A DNA stretch of 59,427 bases, filler included. It is 3 parts of 3 records of this genome, joined end to end, with 100 filler letters (N's around TTAATTAATTAA, not from the genome) between each part and the next. Parts side by side here need not be neighbours in the genome. Positions count along the whole stretch, not along the records: positions 36,266 to 59,427 come from DRR723986_5326; 2 more parts are not named here. The stretch is one strand, 5' to 3'. Position 1 is the first letter of the stretch, and every line of letters starts with the position of its first letter. The notes below the pieces were generated by a model. It was not told the DNA's origin. It searched no databases and saw nothing but the letters and a program-made list of their open reading frames with translations. Position numbers and translations under genes: made by a program. Positions 40,475 through 50,203 of the stretch are shown here, piece after piece.

Positions 40475-42427
40475 ATGCTTCGCGCCGTTCTTGCCGCGTT
40501 GGTTTGCTATGTGCTTGCACTGGCGCCCAACCCCTTATTGGCCCAAACCAGCCTGCAAAGCCTGCTGCAAATGCAAAAGGACGAGGTGCTTAAACCCTCG
40601 CGCGCAGGCGTGGGTGCGGTGCTTGATACGCTTGTGGCCTCGAACCTGCCGGGCGTGCAGGATTTCTTGGAAAAATGGCAAGAGCGCCAAGTGGTGCTGA
40701 ATACACAAGACGGGCTGTTTTACTTTGCCACGGGCGCCCAGGGCGACACGTTGCAGCTGCAAGATATCGACAGCGGTGCCAGCCTTTCGGCGCCCAAATC
40801 AGCCCTGACAGACAGCCGCCCAAACGGTGGGGTGCGCAAGGAAATTGCCGGTGCCTTGGTGCGTTTTCAGCTGTCAGGCCCCGATATTGAAAAACGCCGC
40901 GCCGCGGTCGAGGCGATTGCCCGCGCGCCATCGGCCGATGTGGTGGGGCTGTTGCAAGCCTCGGCGCAGGCCGAACCAGACCCAGCGCTTAAGGCGCAAA
41001 AACAGCGGCTGGCGCAAATATTGGTGGCGCGGTTTGCACCCGATAGCGCCGCGCGCATTGCCGCAATAACCGGGTTTTCCGGCGCGCTATCACTGGATAT
41101 CCGCGCCATGCTGAACCAAATTTTGGAAACCCGCCCGGGCGTGGCACCTACCCGCCCCAATGCCAATATCGCAGAACTATTGCAGCCCGGCAGCGATGCC
41201 TTGCCCATCGCCGCCGCCTACGAGCAGCTGGTTGCCACCGATCTGGCCCCGCCCATGATCAGCCCGGCCCAAATCAAGGAAACGCTGGCCCAAAACATTT
41301 CAGCCGGCGCTGTGGCAGGCATTCCACTGGCCCAGCTGGCCCAACCTGACCGCCGCATCGCCGCCTATCAGGCGCTGGTGGCCCAAGGCAAAGCCGCCCC
41401 GCTGGTTGGCCCCGACGACATGACCAAAGCGGTGAATGCGCATGTGTTCTACCTGGCCTATATCGAGCCCGACCGCGCCATCACCGATGCCGCGCGCGCC
41501 ACGTTGCACGATATTGAAACCGCCGTGGCCTTTAACAAGGGCGCCGATCTGGCGCTGGATGCGCTGTCTTTGGCCTCGATCTATTTTCTGGCGGCCATTG
41601 GGCTGGCCATCACCTTTGGGGTGATGGGGGTGATCAATATGGCCCATGGTGAATTTATCATGATCGGGGCCTATACCGGCTATGTGGTGCAGCAATTCGT
41701 GCCCGATTACACCCTGTCGCTGATTGTGGCGCTGCCTTTGGCCTTTGCCGTTACCTTTGGTGCCGGCGTCGCGATGGAGCGGCTGGTGATCCGCTGGCTT
41801 TACCACCGCCCGCTGGAAACCTTGCTGGCCACTTTTGGCATTTCTATCGCCCTGCAACAGCTGGCCAAAAATATCTTTGGCACCCAGGCCCGCCCCCTGA
41901 CATCGCCCGCCTGGCTGGATGGCGCATGGGTGATCAATGATGTGGTGCAAATCAGCTATATTCGCATTGCCATTTTCGTGCTGGCGCTGCTGTTTTTGGG
42001 GCTGATCTTGGTGGTTTTGAAACGCACCCGCCTGGGGCTAGAGGTGCGCGCGGTCACGCAAAACCCAGGCATGGCCGCCTCGATGGGGATCAACCCCGAT
42101 CGCATCAATATGCTGACCTTTGGCCTTGGGTCCGGCATTGCCGGCATCGCAGGCGTGGCCATTGGGCTTTATGCCAAGGTCACATCTGAAATTGGCTCGG
42201 ATTACATCGTGCAAAGTTTCATGACCGTGGTCGTGGGCGGTGTGGGCAATGTGTGGGGCACATTGGCCGGCGCGGGCATGATCGGCGGCCTGCAAAAGGG
42301 GATCGAGTGGCTAAACCCCTCAAACACGCTGGCCGCGCAAACCTATATGATCTTGTTCATCATTCTTTTCATCCAATTCCGCCCCAAGGGCATTGTGGCC
42401 CTAAAAGGCCGCGCAGCGGGGGATTAA
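40475..42427 (+). CDS. urtB: Urea ABC transporter permease UrtB with large periplasmic N-terminal domain
   Basis: GLAITFGVMGVINMAHGEF, RPLETLLATFG, FIQFRPKG. Confidence 0.93.
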   Translation: MLRAVLAALVCYVLALAPNPLLAQTSLQSLLQMQKDEVLKPSRAGVGAVLDTLVASNLPGVQDFLEKWQERQVVLNTQDGLFYFATGAQGDTLQLQDIDSGASLSAPKSALTDSRPNGGVRKEIAGALVRFQLSGPDIEKRRAAVEAIARAPSADVVGLLQASAQAEPDPALKAQKQRLAQILVARFAPDSAARIAAITGFSGALSLDIRAMLNQILETRPGVAPTRPNANIAELLQPGSDALPIAAAYEQLVATDLAPPMISPAQIKETLAQNISAGAVAGIPLAQLAQPDRRIAAYQALVAQGKAAPLVGPDDMTKAVNAHVFYLAYIEPDRAITDAARATLHDIETAVAFNKGADLALDALSLASIYFLAAIGLAITFGVMGVINMAHGEFIMIGAYTGYVVQQFVPDYTLSLIVALPLAFAVTFGAGVAMERLVIRWLYHRPLETLLATFGISIALQQLAKNIFGTQARPLTSPAWLDGAWVINDVVQISYIRIAIFVLALLFLGLILVVLKRTRLGLEVRAVTQNPGMAASMGINPDRINMLTFGLGSGIAGIAGVAIGLYAKVTSEIGSDYIVQSFMTVVVGGVGNVWGTLAGAGMIGGLQKGIEWLNPSNTLAAQTYMILFIILFIQFRPKGIVALKGRAAGD

Positions 42428-42430
42428 CCT

Positions 42431-43651
42431 ATGCCATCTCTTTCCACTCAAACCAGCGGCGCGGGGCGCAACACCTTTTTGGCGCAGCATCCTTCGGTGA
42501 TGTGGTTTCTGCTGGCGCTGGCGCTGTTTACCCTGGGCGTCACCGTTCTGGCCGAGGCCACGGGCGCGGGGCTGATTTCTACCTCGTTTGTGAAAACCTT
42601 GGGCAAAACCCTGTGCCTGTGCCTGGTGGCCATCGCGATGGATGTGGTGTGGGGCTATTGCGGCATTCTTTCGCTGGGGCACATGGCGTTTTTTGGCATC
42701 GGCGGCTATGCCATTGGCATGTGGCTGATGTATGCGCGCACCGAAATCATTGTGCGCGACAGCCTGCTGGCCGCCCCCATACCCCCAACGCCACAGGAAA
42801 TTACCGATGGTATCGGCACGCAAATCTTTGGCGTGGTGGGCAGCGCCGAATTTCCGCTGATCTGGGCCTTTGCCGACAGTTTCGCGCTGCAGCTGCTGAT
42901 GGTGATCCTGGTGCCGGGGCTGTTGGCGCTGGTCTTTGGCTGGCTGGCCTTTCGCAGCCGGGTGACGGGGGTGTATCTGTCGATCCTGACCCAAGCCATG
43001 ACACTGGCGCTGTCGCTTTATCTGTTTCAAAACGACAGCGGCTTGCGCGGCAATAACGGCCTGTCGGGGCTGCAAAACATCCCCGGTTTTGAAACAGTGT
43101 CGCAAGATGCCATTTCCATTGGCTTTTTCTGGGCCTCTGCGGTGGCTTTGGGGCTGGGTTATGTGCTGTTTGCCTTTGTGGTTTCGGGCAAGATGGGCAG
43201 CGTGGTGCGCGGCATTCGCGATAACGAGGCGCGCGTGCGGTTCTTGGGCTATCATGTAGAAAGCTATAAGCTGTTCGTTTTCACCCTAACGGCCATTGTG
43301 GCCGCCATCGCAGGCGCGCTTTATTACCCGCAGGCAGGCATTATCAACCCCGCCGAAATGGCGCCCATCGCATCGATCTATCTGGCGGTATGGGTGGCCA
43401 TTGGCGGGCGCGGGCGGCTTTATGGCGCCGTGATCGGCGCGGCCTTTGTTTCGCTGGTGTCATCGTGGTTTACCGGCGGCGGCGCCCCTGATGTGCATTT
43501 GGGGATCTATACCATCAAATGGACAGATTGGTGGCTGGTGCTGCTGGGCCTGTCTTTTGTGGCGGTCACATTGTTTTTCCCACAGGGCATCGGCGGGCTG
43601 TTTGACCGCCTGGTGCGCAACCCCACCCCAGATGCGGAGGGCCAGAAATGA
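42431..43651 (+). CDS. urtC: Urea ABC transporter permease UrtC
   Basis: WGYCGILSLGH, FRSRVTGVYLSI.TQA, WVAIGGRG. Confidence 0.93.
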   Translation: MPSLSTQTSGAGRNTFLAQHPSVMWFLLALALFTLGVTVLAEATGAGLISTSFVKTLGKTLCLCLVAIAMDVVWGYCGILSLGHMAFFGIGGYAIGMWLMYARTEIIVRDSLLAAPIPPTPQEITDGIGTQIFGVVGSAEFPLIWAFADSFALQLLMVILVPGLLALVFGWLAFRSRVTGVYLSILTQAMTLALSLYLFQNDSGLRGNNGLSGLQNIPGFETVSQDAISIGFFWASAVALGLGYVLFAFVVSGKMGSVVRGIRDNEARVRFLGYHVESYKLFVFTLTAIVAAIAGALYYPQAGIINPAEMAPIASIYLAVWVAIGGRGRLYGAVIGAAFVSLVSSWFTGGGAPDVHLGIYTIKWTDWWLVLLGLSFVAVTLFFPQGIGGLFDRLVRNPTPDAEGQK

Positions 43652-44388
43652 AGCGCTTGCTCGAGGTCTCTGGCGTATCGGTCACATTTGACGGGTTCCG
43701 CGCCATCAACAACCTGTCCATTCAAATCGGCCAACCCGAATTGCGCGCGGTGATCGGGCCGAACGGGGCAGGAAAAACCACCTTCATGGATATTATCACG
43801 GGCAAAACCCGCCCCGATAGCGGCACAGTGACCTGGGGGGAAAAGGGGGTTTCGCTGCTGGCCATGTCAGAAAGCCAGATCGCGCGGCTGGGCATTGGGC
43901 GCAAGTTTCAAAAACCCACCGTGTTCGAGGCGCAAACCGTATCGGAAAACCTAGGCCTGGCGCTGAAAAACCGCCGTGGGCCGCTGGATGTGCTGCTCTA
44001 CCGCCGCTCGCGGCGCGATACGGCGCGCATTGGCGAAATTGCCGAGGAAATTGGCCTAAGCGCGCAATTGGCCCGCCCCGCAGGCCAGCTTAGCCATGGC
44101 CAGAAGCAATGGCTGGAAATTGGCATGCTGCTGGCCCAAGACCCGCAGTTGCTGCTGGTGGATGAGCCCGCCGCCGGAATGACCCCATCAGAGCGCGAAC
44201 ACACCACCGATTTGCTGCGCCGCGCGGCCGAAACCTGCGCGGTTGTGGTGGTGGAACACGATATGGAATTTGTGCGCCGCTTGGAATGCAAAGTTACCGT
44301 GCTGCACGAGGGCGCGGTGCTGGCCGAAGGCTCGCTTAGCCATGTCACCCGCAACCAAGACGTGATCGATGTTTATCTGGGGCGCTGA
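43648..44388 (+). CDS. urtD: Urea ABC transporter ATP-binding protein
   Basis: GPNGAGKT, GRKFQKP, LSHGQKQWLEIG, EHDM, VYLGR. Confidence 0.94.
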   Translation: MKRLLEVSGVSVTFDGFRAINNLSIQIGQPELRAVIGPNGAGKTTFMDIITGKTRPDSGTVTWGEKGVSLLAMSESQIARLGIGRKFQKPTVFEAQTVSENLGLALKNRRGPLDVLLYRRSRRDTARIGEIAEEIGLSAQLARPAGQLSHGQKQWLEIGMLLAQDPQLLLVDEPAAGMTPSEREHTTDLLRRAAETCAVVVVEHDMEFVRRLECKVTVLHEGAVLAEGSLSHVTRNQDVIDVYLGR

Positions 44389-44391
44389 ACC

Positions 44392-45087
44392 ATGCTGACC
44401 GTTTCAAACCTGACCCTGCGCTACGGCCAAAGCCAAATTTTACACGGCATCACCTTGCAGGCAGAAAAGGGCAAAGTGACGGCTGTGATGGGCACCAATG
44501 GCGTGGGCAAAACCAGCCTGCTAAAGGCCATTGCCGGGCGTCACCCGTTTTCAGGCGGGCAAGTGGTGCTGGATGGGGCCGATCTGGGCCATCCTTCGGC
44601 GTTTGATGCAGCGCGCGCAGGCATTGCCTATGTGCCGCAGGGCCGCGAGGTGTTTCCGCTGATGAGCGTGATGGAAAACCTGGAAACAGGCTTTGCCTGC
44701 CTGCCCCCCGATCAGCGCCATATCCCGCCGCAGATCTTTCAGCTGTTTCCCGTGCTGGCGCAGATGAAAGACCGCCGCGGTGGCGATTTATCGGGCGGCC
44801 AGCAGCAGCAGTTGGCGATTGCCCGCGCGCTGATCACCCAACCCAAGGTGCTGTTGCTGGATGAACCAACCGAGGGCATCCAGCCCAATATCATCACCCA
44901 AATCGGAGATGTCATCGAGGTGCTGCGCAACCAGGGGGAAATGGCCATTGTGCTGGTCGAGCAATATTTCGATTTTGCCGTGCGGCTGGCCGACCAGTTT
45001 GTTGTGCTTAACCGTGGCGCGGTAAGCCATACCAGCAGCCGCGCCACGATGAACCGCGAGGCGCTGTTAAGCGCCGTATCGATCTAG
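44392..45087 (+). CDS. urtE: Urea ABC transporter ATP-binding protein
   Basis: GTNGVGKT, YVPQGRE, LSGGQQQQLAI, DEPTEGIQP. Confidence 0.94.
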   Translation: MLTVSNLTLRYGQSQILHGITLQAEKGKVTAVMGTNGVGKTSLLKAIAGRHPFSGGQVVLDGADLGHPSAFDAARAGIAYVPQGREVFPLMSVMENLETGFACLPPDQRHIPPQIFQLFPVLAQMKDRRGGDLSGGQQQQLAIARALITQPKVLLLDEPTEGIQPNIITQIGDVIEVLRNQGEMAIVLVEQYFDFAVRLADQFVVLNRGAVSHTSSRATMNREALLSAVSI

Positions 45088-45092
45088 CTGCC

Positions 45093-45884
45093 TTACCAGG
45101 CGCTAAACCCGCCATCCACATTCACCAGCTGCCCTGTCATATAGCCGGCCTGCGGGCTGGCCAAAAACAGCATGACATCGGCAATCTCGTCGGGTTCGCA
45201 CATGCGGCCCGCCATGATCAGCTCGCCCACGCGGCGCTGAAATTCCTCAGAGTGGTTATTGAACACCGCACCGGGGGCGATGGTGTTAACCGTGGCCTTG
45301 CGCGGCGCCCAATAGCCGGCCAGCCACACGGTAAGCCCGTGAATACCTGCCTTTGTCACCCCATAGGCAGAAAAGTTTTTAAACGGCATGCCGTCGTAAA
45401 TGGGGTGATGGGCACCGTTCAGCGCATACATCGATGCCACGTTGACCAAGGTGCAGGGGTAATTGCCCACGATATCGCGGTCCATCTGGCGGGCGATCAT
45501 GAAAGCCCCCGTCAGGTTTGTGCGCAAGGTGCGCTCGAAATCTTCAACCGATGTATCGGCAAAATCGGGAAAGGGCTTGCCAGCCCCCATCAGTAATTCC
45601 CCGGTGATGGCGGCATTGTTCAGCACCACATTGGGCTGCCAGCCGTCTTTCAAAATACGCTGAAAGATCTGTGTGCATTCGTCTTCGTTGCCCACATCCA
45701 GATCATAAAAGCGGAAATTTTCGTTGCCCTCATGCGCCGCGCACAGCGCATCGGCGCGGTGGCCGGGCAGGTCCGAGGCCACAACGCGCGCGCCTTCGGC
45801 CAACATGCGGCGCACATAGGTGCTGCCCAGCACCCCACCCGAGCCTGTGATAAAAACAGTGCGGCCTTTGAGCTGCTCAACCAT
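45093..45884 (-). CDS. SDR oxidoreductase, PtmA/ElaC-like
   Basis: TGSGGVLG, NNAA, NVASMY, YGVTK (YxxxK), MTGQ..NVDGG; operonic with cytidylyltransferase. Confidence 0.85.
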   Translation of the reverse strand: MVEQLKGRTVFITGSGGVLGSTYVRRMLAEGARVVASDLPGHRADALCAAHEGNENFRFYDLDVGNEDECTQIFQRILKDGWQPNVVLNNAAITGELLMGAGKPFPDFADTSVEDFERTLRTNLTGAFMIARQMDRDIVGNYPCTLVNVASMYALNGAHHPIYDGMPFKNFSAYGVTKAGIHGLTVWLAGYWAPRKATVNTIAPGAVFNNHSEEFQRRVGELIMAGRMCEPDEIADVMLFLASPQAGYMTGQLVNVDGGFSAW

Positions 45885-46584
45885 GTTCTGCCTCTTTCAG
45901 ACGTTCATTCAAAAGAAATTCAACCAGTTTGAAATCGAACGGGCTGTCGATATCGATGCAGCGCTCGGGATCCATCAGATAGGGAATAACGCGCCCCTCG
46001 AACAGGGCGCTGGCGCTGTGCAAATAGCCCGGGCGCACCACATAGGTGCTGGCGGCATGTTCGTAAACCGTAGGCGCCGCTTGCCGCGCCACAACCCCGC
46101 CGGCCAGCGGCTTTGACACATGCAGCGCCCCGGTTTCATCAGGTTCGACCAGGTTGAAATAGGGGTTTTTACGCGCCTCGCAGCACGACATCACCATATC
46201 GGGGCGCTGATCGAAATACAGCGCCAAAGCCCCGGTGATATCGCTGGGCAACCGCAACGGCGAGGTGGCATCAAGATCTAAAAACGCATCTGCCGTGCCC
46301 ACAAGCGCCTCGGCGGCCTGCAGCGCATGGGCCCAAACGCCCCACTTTCCGGCGGCATCTGTGGCCAGATGGGCCGGACGCAGGCCAATTTCCAAACAGC
46401 CCCGCGCCACAGCATGGGCGTAAATTTCAGGGTCATCGGTAGAAACCACCACCGCATTAACCTGCGGATGGGCCAACAGCTGATCCAGCGACCAATCGAT
46501 CAGTGGCTTGCCGCAAATCGGCTTGAAATTCTTTCCCGGCACGCCTTTCGAGCCTTTGCGCACCCCGATATGCCCGATAATCAT
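45877..46584 (-). CDS. Acylneuraminate cytidylyltransferase (NeuA family, PtmB/ElaB-like)
   Basis: RKGSKGVPGKN, VSTDD, DLDATSPLR, RKNPYFNLVE, RQAAP, IDIDSPFDF. Confidence 0.92.
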   Translation of the reverse strand: MIIGHIGVRKGSKGVPGKNFKPICGKPLIDWSLDQLLAHPQVNAVVVSTDDPEIYAHAVARGCLEIGLRPAHLATDAAGKWGVWAHALQAAEALVGTADAFLDLDATSPLRLPSDITGALALYFDQRPDMVMSCCEARKNPYFNLVEPDETGALHVSKPLAGGVVARQAAPTVYEHAASTYVVRPGYLHSASALFEGRVIPYLMDPERCIDIDSPFDFKLVEFLLNERLKEAEHG

Positions 46585-47540
46585 GTAAGCCCCTTTGTGA
46601 TATTGGCGCCAAAGGCGCGGCGCGCCCAAGCCTGTGCAATCAAATCGCAGATGGGGCGGCTGGCGGTCAAGACCGGCACATTCGCCGTGCCCGACACCGG
46701 CGCGCGCCCCGCAGCCAGCGCCAGAAAATCGCGCATTGCGGCCAAAAACATATCGTTGCGATCAAAGGTGAAATGCTGCGTTTGGGCGCCCTGGCCGCGA
46801 TCAATGGTCAGCGTCGAGGCCACAAAATCGGCATCCATACAGCCCGCTGTCGCACGCAGGCTGGCCCGGCGCGTTGATGCGGGGGCCAAATAATCCATCG
46901 CCACGCTGCCCAGCCCGTGGGCCGTGCGCAGCTGGCACAGGGCCGCCATATCGACACCTGGGAAATCGGCATGGCCCAGCACATCGACCCCGCCCAATGT
47001 AAGCCCCGGCAACAGGCAATGGGCCATGTCCAGCTCGTGGCACAGATCCAGCAACACGCCCCCGCCCTGGGCACGGGCCGCATAGCTTTGGGAAAAATGC
47101 CAGTTCTGGCGCCACTGGGTAACATCATGGCCAATTTCAAACTGAAACCGATAGGCATCGCCCATGTTTTGCTGCGCCATCGCCTGCAAAATGGGGTGAT
47201 AGCGCATCATAAACCCAACAAAGCTGCGCGCGGCCACGGGGGCTGCGGCCTGAAACACCGCCGCCACCTCGCTGGGGCGAAAGGCCAGCGGCTTTTCGAT
47301 ATAAAGGGCGATATCGCGTTCGGCGCAGGCCGCCACCAAGGGCAGGCGCATATCGGTGGCCGTGGCAATCACAGCGCAGGTGGGGCGCGTGGCATCCAGC
47401 ACCTCTAGCACCCCATCCAGCCCCAAGGCACGCCACGACAGCGCCTGCACCTCGGCCCCCAATTGGGCCAGGTTTTGCGCATGGCGCCGACCGATCGAGC
47501 CGGTGCCAATAACCACTGATTTTGCCGTGCTATGCTGCAT
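46581..47540 (-). CDS. Gfo/Idh/MocA oxidoreductase, PtmF/ElaA-like
   Basis: IGTGSIGRRH, IEKPL, GGGVLLDLCHELD. Confidence 0.87.
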   Translation of the reverse strand: MQHSTAKSVVIGTGSIGRRHAQNLAQLGAEVQALSWRALGLDGVLEVLDATRPTCAVIATATDMRLPLVAACAERDIALYIEKPLAFRPSEVAAVFQAAAPVAARSFVGFMMRYHPILQAMAQQNMGDAYRFQFEIGHDVTQWRQNWHFSQSYAARAQGGGVLLDLCHELDMAHCLLPGLTLGGVDVLGHADFPGVDMAALCQLRTAHGLGSVAMDYLAPASTRRASLRATAGCMDADFVASTLTIDRGQGAQTQHFTFDRNDMFLAAMRDFLALAAGRAPVSGTANVPVLTASRPICDLIAQAWARRAFGANITKGLT

Positions 47541-47549
47541 ACTGCGCCC

Positions 47550-48929
47550 CTATTTCTGCGCCTCGGTTACACGCTTTGCCCGCGCTTTGCCACTGGCCTG
47601 TGCCAAAAGCTGTGGGATCGCTGCCAGCGTTTTTTCAGCTGCCCCGCTGTGCTGGGCAAAAAACTGCGCAATTTGCGCCGCGCTGGCCGGGGCGGGCGCG
47701 CCGGGCGCCAAGGCATCGTGCAGCCCCTGCGCAGTGGCGGCTGTTTGGCGCAACACACCCGCCTCTAGCGCCTCGTGCGCGGGGTATTCGATTGTCCAGA
47801 TATGGGGGCCTGTCCACACGGGTTTGCCCAGGGCCAGCGCCTCGGAGATATTATGCGCGCCCTTTGGCGTATAGCCCCCGCCCACAATCACCCGATCAGC
47901 CGCCGCCAAATAGCCATACATCTCGCCCAAACTATCGCCCAGCAACAGATCGATCTCGGTAAAATCGGCCACCGGGGCAAAGCCTGCATCCAGCGCGCTG
48001 CTGCGCGCCAGATAGGCAATGCCGCGGGCCTTGATCATCTCGGCGGCGGGTTCAAACCGCTCGGGCGCGCGCGGCACGAAAATGCAAAAGGGCCGGGGCA
48101 GGCCGGCGGCGGCATGGCTGGTGCAAAGCAGACGATATGCATCGAGAAACAGCGCCTCTTCGCCCTGCACCACCGAGGCAAAAACCAGCACAGGCCGGCC
48201 CGCCCCCCAGGCCGCGCGCAAAGCGCAGCCGCCCGCGATCAGCGCCTCGGGCAGGGGCTGATCAAAGCGCAGCTCGCCGGTGATGGCCACATTCGCCTGA
48301 CCCACCGCAACAAAGCGCTGGCGCTGTAGATCAGATTTCACCAAAGCGCCGGCAAATCCTTGCATCAATTCTGCACGCAGTGGGGTTTTTTGGGTGTCGC
48401 GCTGAAAACTGCGGGCGGGGTATTGCGCATTGCACGCCAGCAAAGGCACGCCCAAGACACGGCAGCTGGCAATCATACGCGGCCAGATTTCCACCTCCAT
48501 CACCAGCCCGTATTGGGGGGCCAGGCGGCGCAAAAACAGCCGCCAGCCCCAGGCCAGCTCCAGTGGCACCCAAGACAGGCTGGCGCGGCCTGCGGCAATA
48601 TCTTGGGCCAGATCCTGTTGCGCGGCCCGCCGCCCCGCGGGGGTGAAAACGGTGACATGCACAGCGCGGCCCCGGGCCATAAGCCGGCGGATCAGCGGCA
48701 AGGCCGAGCGGAATTCGCCAATGCTGACGGCATGCACCCAAACCGCCCCCTTGCGGCACGGGCGTATCAGGCCGAAACGTTCTGGCAAGTGGCGCAGATA
48801 CTCACGGTCTTTGCGCGCCCGCAGCGCCAGATAGGCCAGGCCAATGGGCAAAAACAGCGTCCATATCAGCCGATAGGCCAGCAAAAATACCCGCATACGC
48901 AGGCTGGGAAAGGCGGCGGGCGCGCTCAT
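47550..48929 (-). CDS. WaaA/KdtA-like (GT30) ulosonate transferase, copy B
   Basis: LPERFG, VWVHAVSIGE, EVEIWP, TGELRFD, VPRAPERF, DSLGEM, GG...AHNISEA. Confidence 0.85.
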   Translation of the reverse strand: MSAPAAFPSLRMRVFLLAYRLIWTLFLPIGLAYLALRARKDREYLRHLPERFGLIRPCRKGAVWVHAVSIGEFRSALPLIRRLMARGRAVHVTVFTPAGRRAAQQDLAQDIAAGRASLSWVPLELAWGWRLFLRRLAPQYGLVMEVEIWPRMIASCRVLGVPLLACNAQYPARSFQRDTQKTPLRAELMQGFAGALVKSDLQRQRFVAVGQANVAITGELRFDQPLPEALIAGGCALRAAWGAGRPVLVFASVVQGEEALFLDAYRLLCTSHAAAGLPRPFCIFVPRAPERFEPAAEMIKARGIAYLARSSALDAGFAPVADFTEIDLLLGDSLGEMYGYLAAADRVIVGGGYTPKGAHNISEALALGKPVWTGPHIWTIEYPAHEALEAGVLRQTAATAQGLHDALAPGAPAPASAAQIAQFFAQHSGAAEKTLAAIPQLLAQASGKARAKRVTEAQK

Positions 48930-50203
48930 GCTGCCAGCCCCGCCAGGGCCGCATCGCAGGTGATGCGCACCGTATCGGCCAGATCTTGGCGCAACCGGGC
49001 GGCGCGGGCGGCTATTTCCGGCAGATCAGGGCGCGCCAATGCCGCCAGAATATCGCCGGGGTTGGCCACGGCAATGGCGCCTTGGGCGGCGGCCAGATCG
49101 GTATAATCTTGTGCGAAATTTTCGGTATGGGGGCCATGCATCACGGGGCAGCCCATGCCCACTGCCTCCCAGGGGTTGTGGCCCTGCACCTGCGGGGCAA
49201 AACTGCCCCCAACCAGGGCGGCCTGCGCCACGCTATACCACAGCGACATCTCGCCAAAACTGTCGGCAATATACACCGCCACATCCCTTGCGGGCCAGCC
49301 CGCGCTGCGCAGGCTGGCAGCCAGCCCCGCCTGTGCGCAGGCCTGCTGTAGCGCGGCCCGCCGCTGAGGCAGGCGCGGCGCCACTATCAGCAGGCCATCG
49401 GGGTGCTGGGCGCGCCATGCCGCGTGGGCGGCCAGGGCCATCTGTTCATCGGCCGCATGGCTGGGGCCTGCCACCCACACCGGGCGGCCTGCCAATTGCT
49501 GGCGCAAGCCCTGCAAGGCTGCCCCATCGGGCGCGGGCGCGCCAGCCCCCGCCTTGAGCGAGCCTACGGTTGCCACCGGCACAGTGGCACACAGCTGCGA
49601 AATATGCCGGGCTGTGGCCTGATCTTGCGCCAAAACCTTGTGAAAGCAGCCAATCACATCGCGGCTGGCGCCCGCCATGCGCGCGCGGCGGCGATAGGCG
49701 GCGGCATTCATGCGCGCATTGACCCATAGCTGCGGCACCGCCTGGCGGTGGGTTTGCAGCACCAAACGCGGCCAGATATCTTGTTCAGACCACAGCACCA
49801 GATCGGGGCGCCAATGCGCCAAAAACCGCGCCACAGGCCCGGGCATATCGAGGGGTAAAAACTGATGCTGGCAGCGCGGCCCCAGATGTGTGGCGAAAAT
49901 CTCGGCCGATGATCGTGCCGTTGACGTAACCAAAAACGACAGATCAGGCCGTGCTTTTCCCATCGCGGCGATCAGTCCGCGCAGGGCCATAACCTCGCCC
50001 AGGCCCACGGCATGCAGCCACACCAAAGGCCCGTCAGGCCGGCTTTGGCTGGCATAGCCCAGCTTTTCGCGCCACCGCCCCGGCAGCTCTTTGCCCCGCG
50101 CCAGACGGCGGCGCAAGATCATCGGTGCCAAGGGTTGCAAGGCAGCCGAGGCCGCCAAGATCAGCCGTAAGCCAGCGCTTATGGGCCTGTCAGGCAATGT
50201 CAT
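48926..50203 (-). CDS. WaaA/KdtA-like (GT30) ulosonate transferase, copy A
   Basis: RGKE..RWREKLG, VWLHAVGLGE, HQFLPLD, HWRPD, NARM, APRLPQR, DSFGEM, GGSF...GHNPWE; ATG 50203 overlaps neuC end. Confidence 0.87.
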   Translation of the reverse strand: MTLPDRPISAGLRLILAASAALQPLAPMILRRRLARGKELPGRWREKLGYASQSRPDGPLVWLHAVGLGEVMALRGLIAAMGKARPDLSFLVTSTARSSAEIFATHLGPRCQHQFLPLDMPGPVARFLAHWRPDLVLWSEQDIWPRLVLQTHRQAVPQLWVNARMNAAAYRRRARMAGASRDVIGCFHKVLAQDQATARHISQLCATVPVATVGSLKAGAGAPAPDGAALQGLRQQLAGRPVWVAGPSHAADEQMALAAHAAWRAQHPDGLLIVAPRLPQRRAALQQACAQAGLAASLRSAGWPARDVAVYIADSFGEMSLWYSVAQAALVGGSFAPQVQGHNPWEAVGMGCPVMHGPHTENFAQDYTDLAAAQGAIAVANPGDILAALARPDLPEIAARAARLRQDLADTVRITCDAALAGLAA

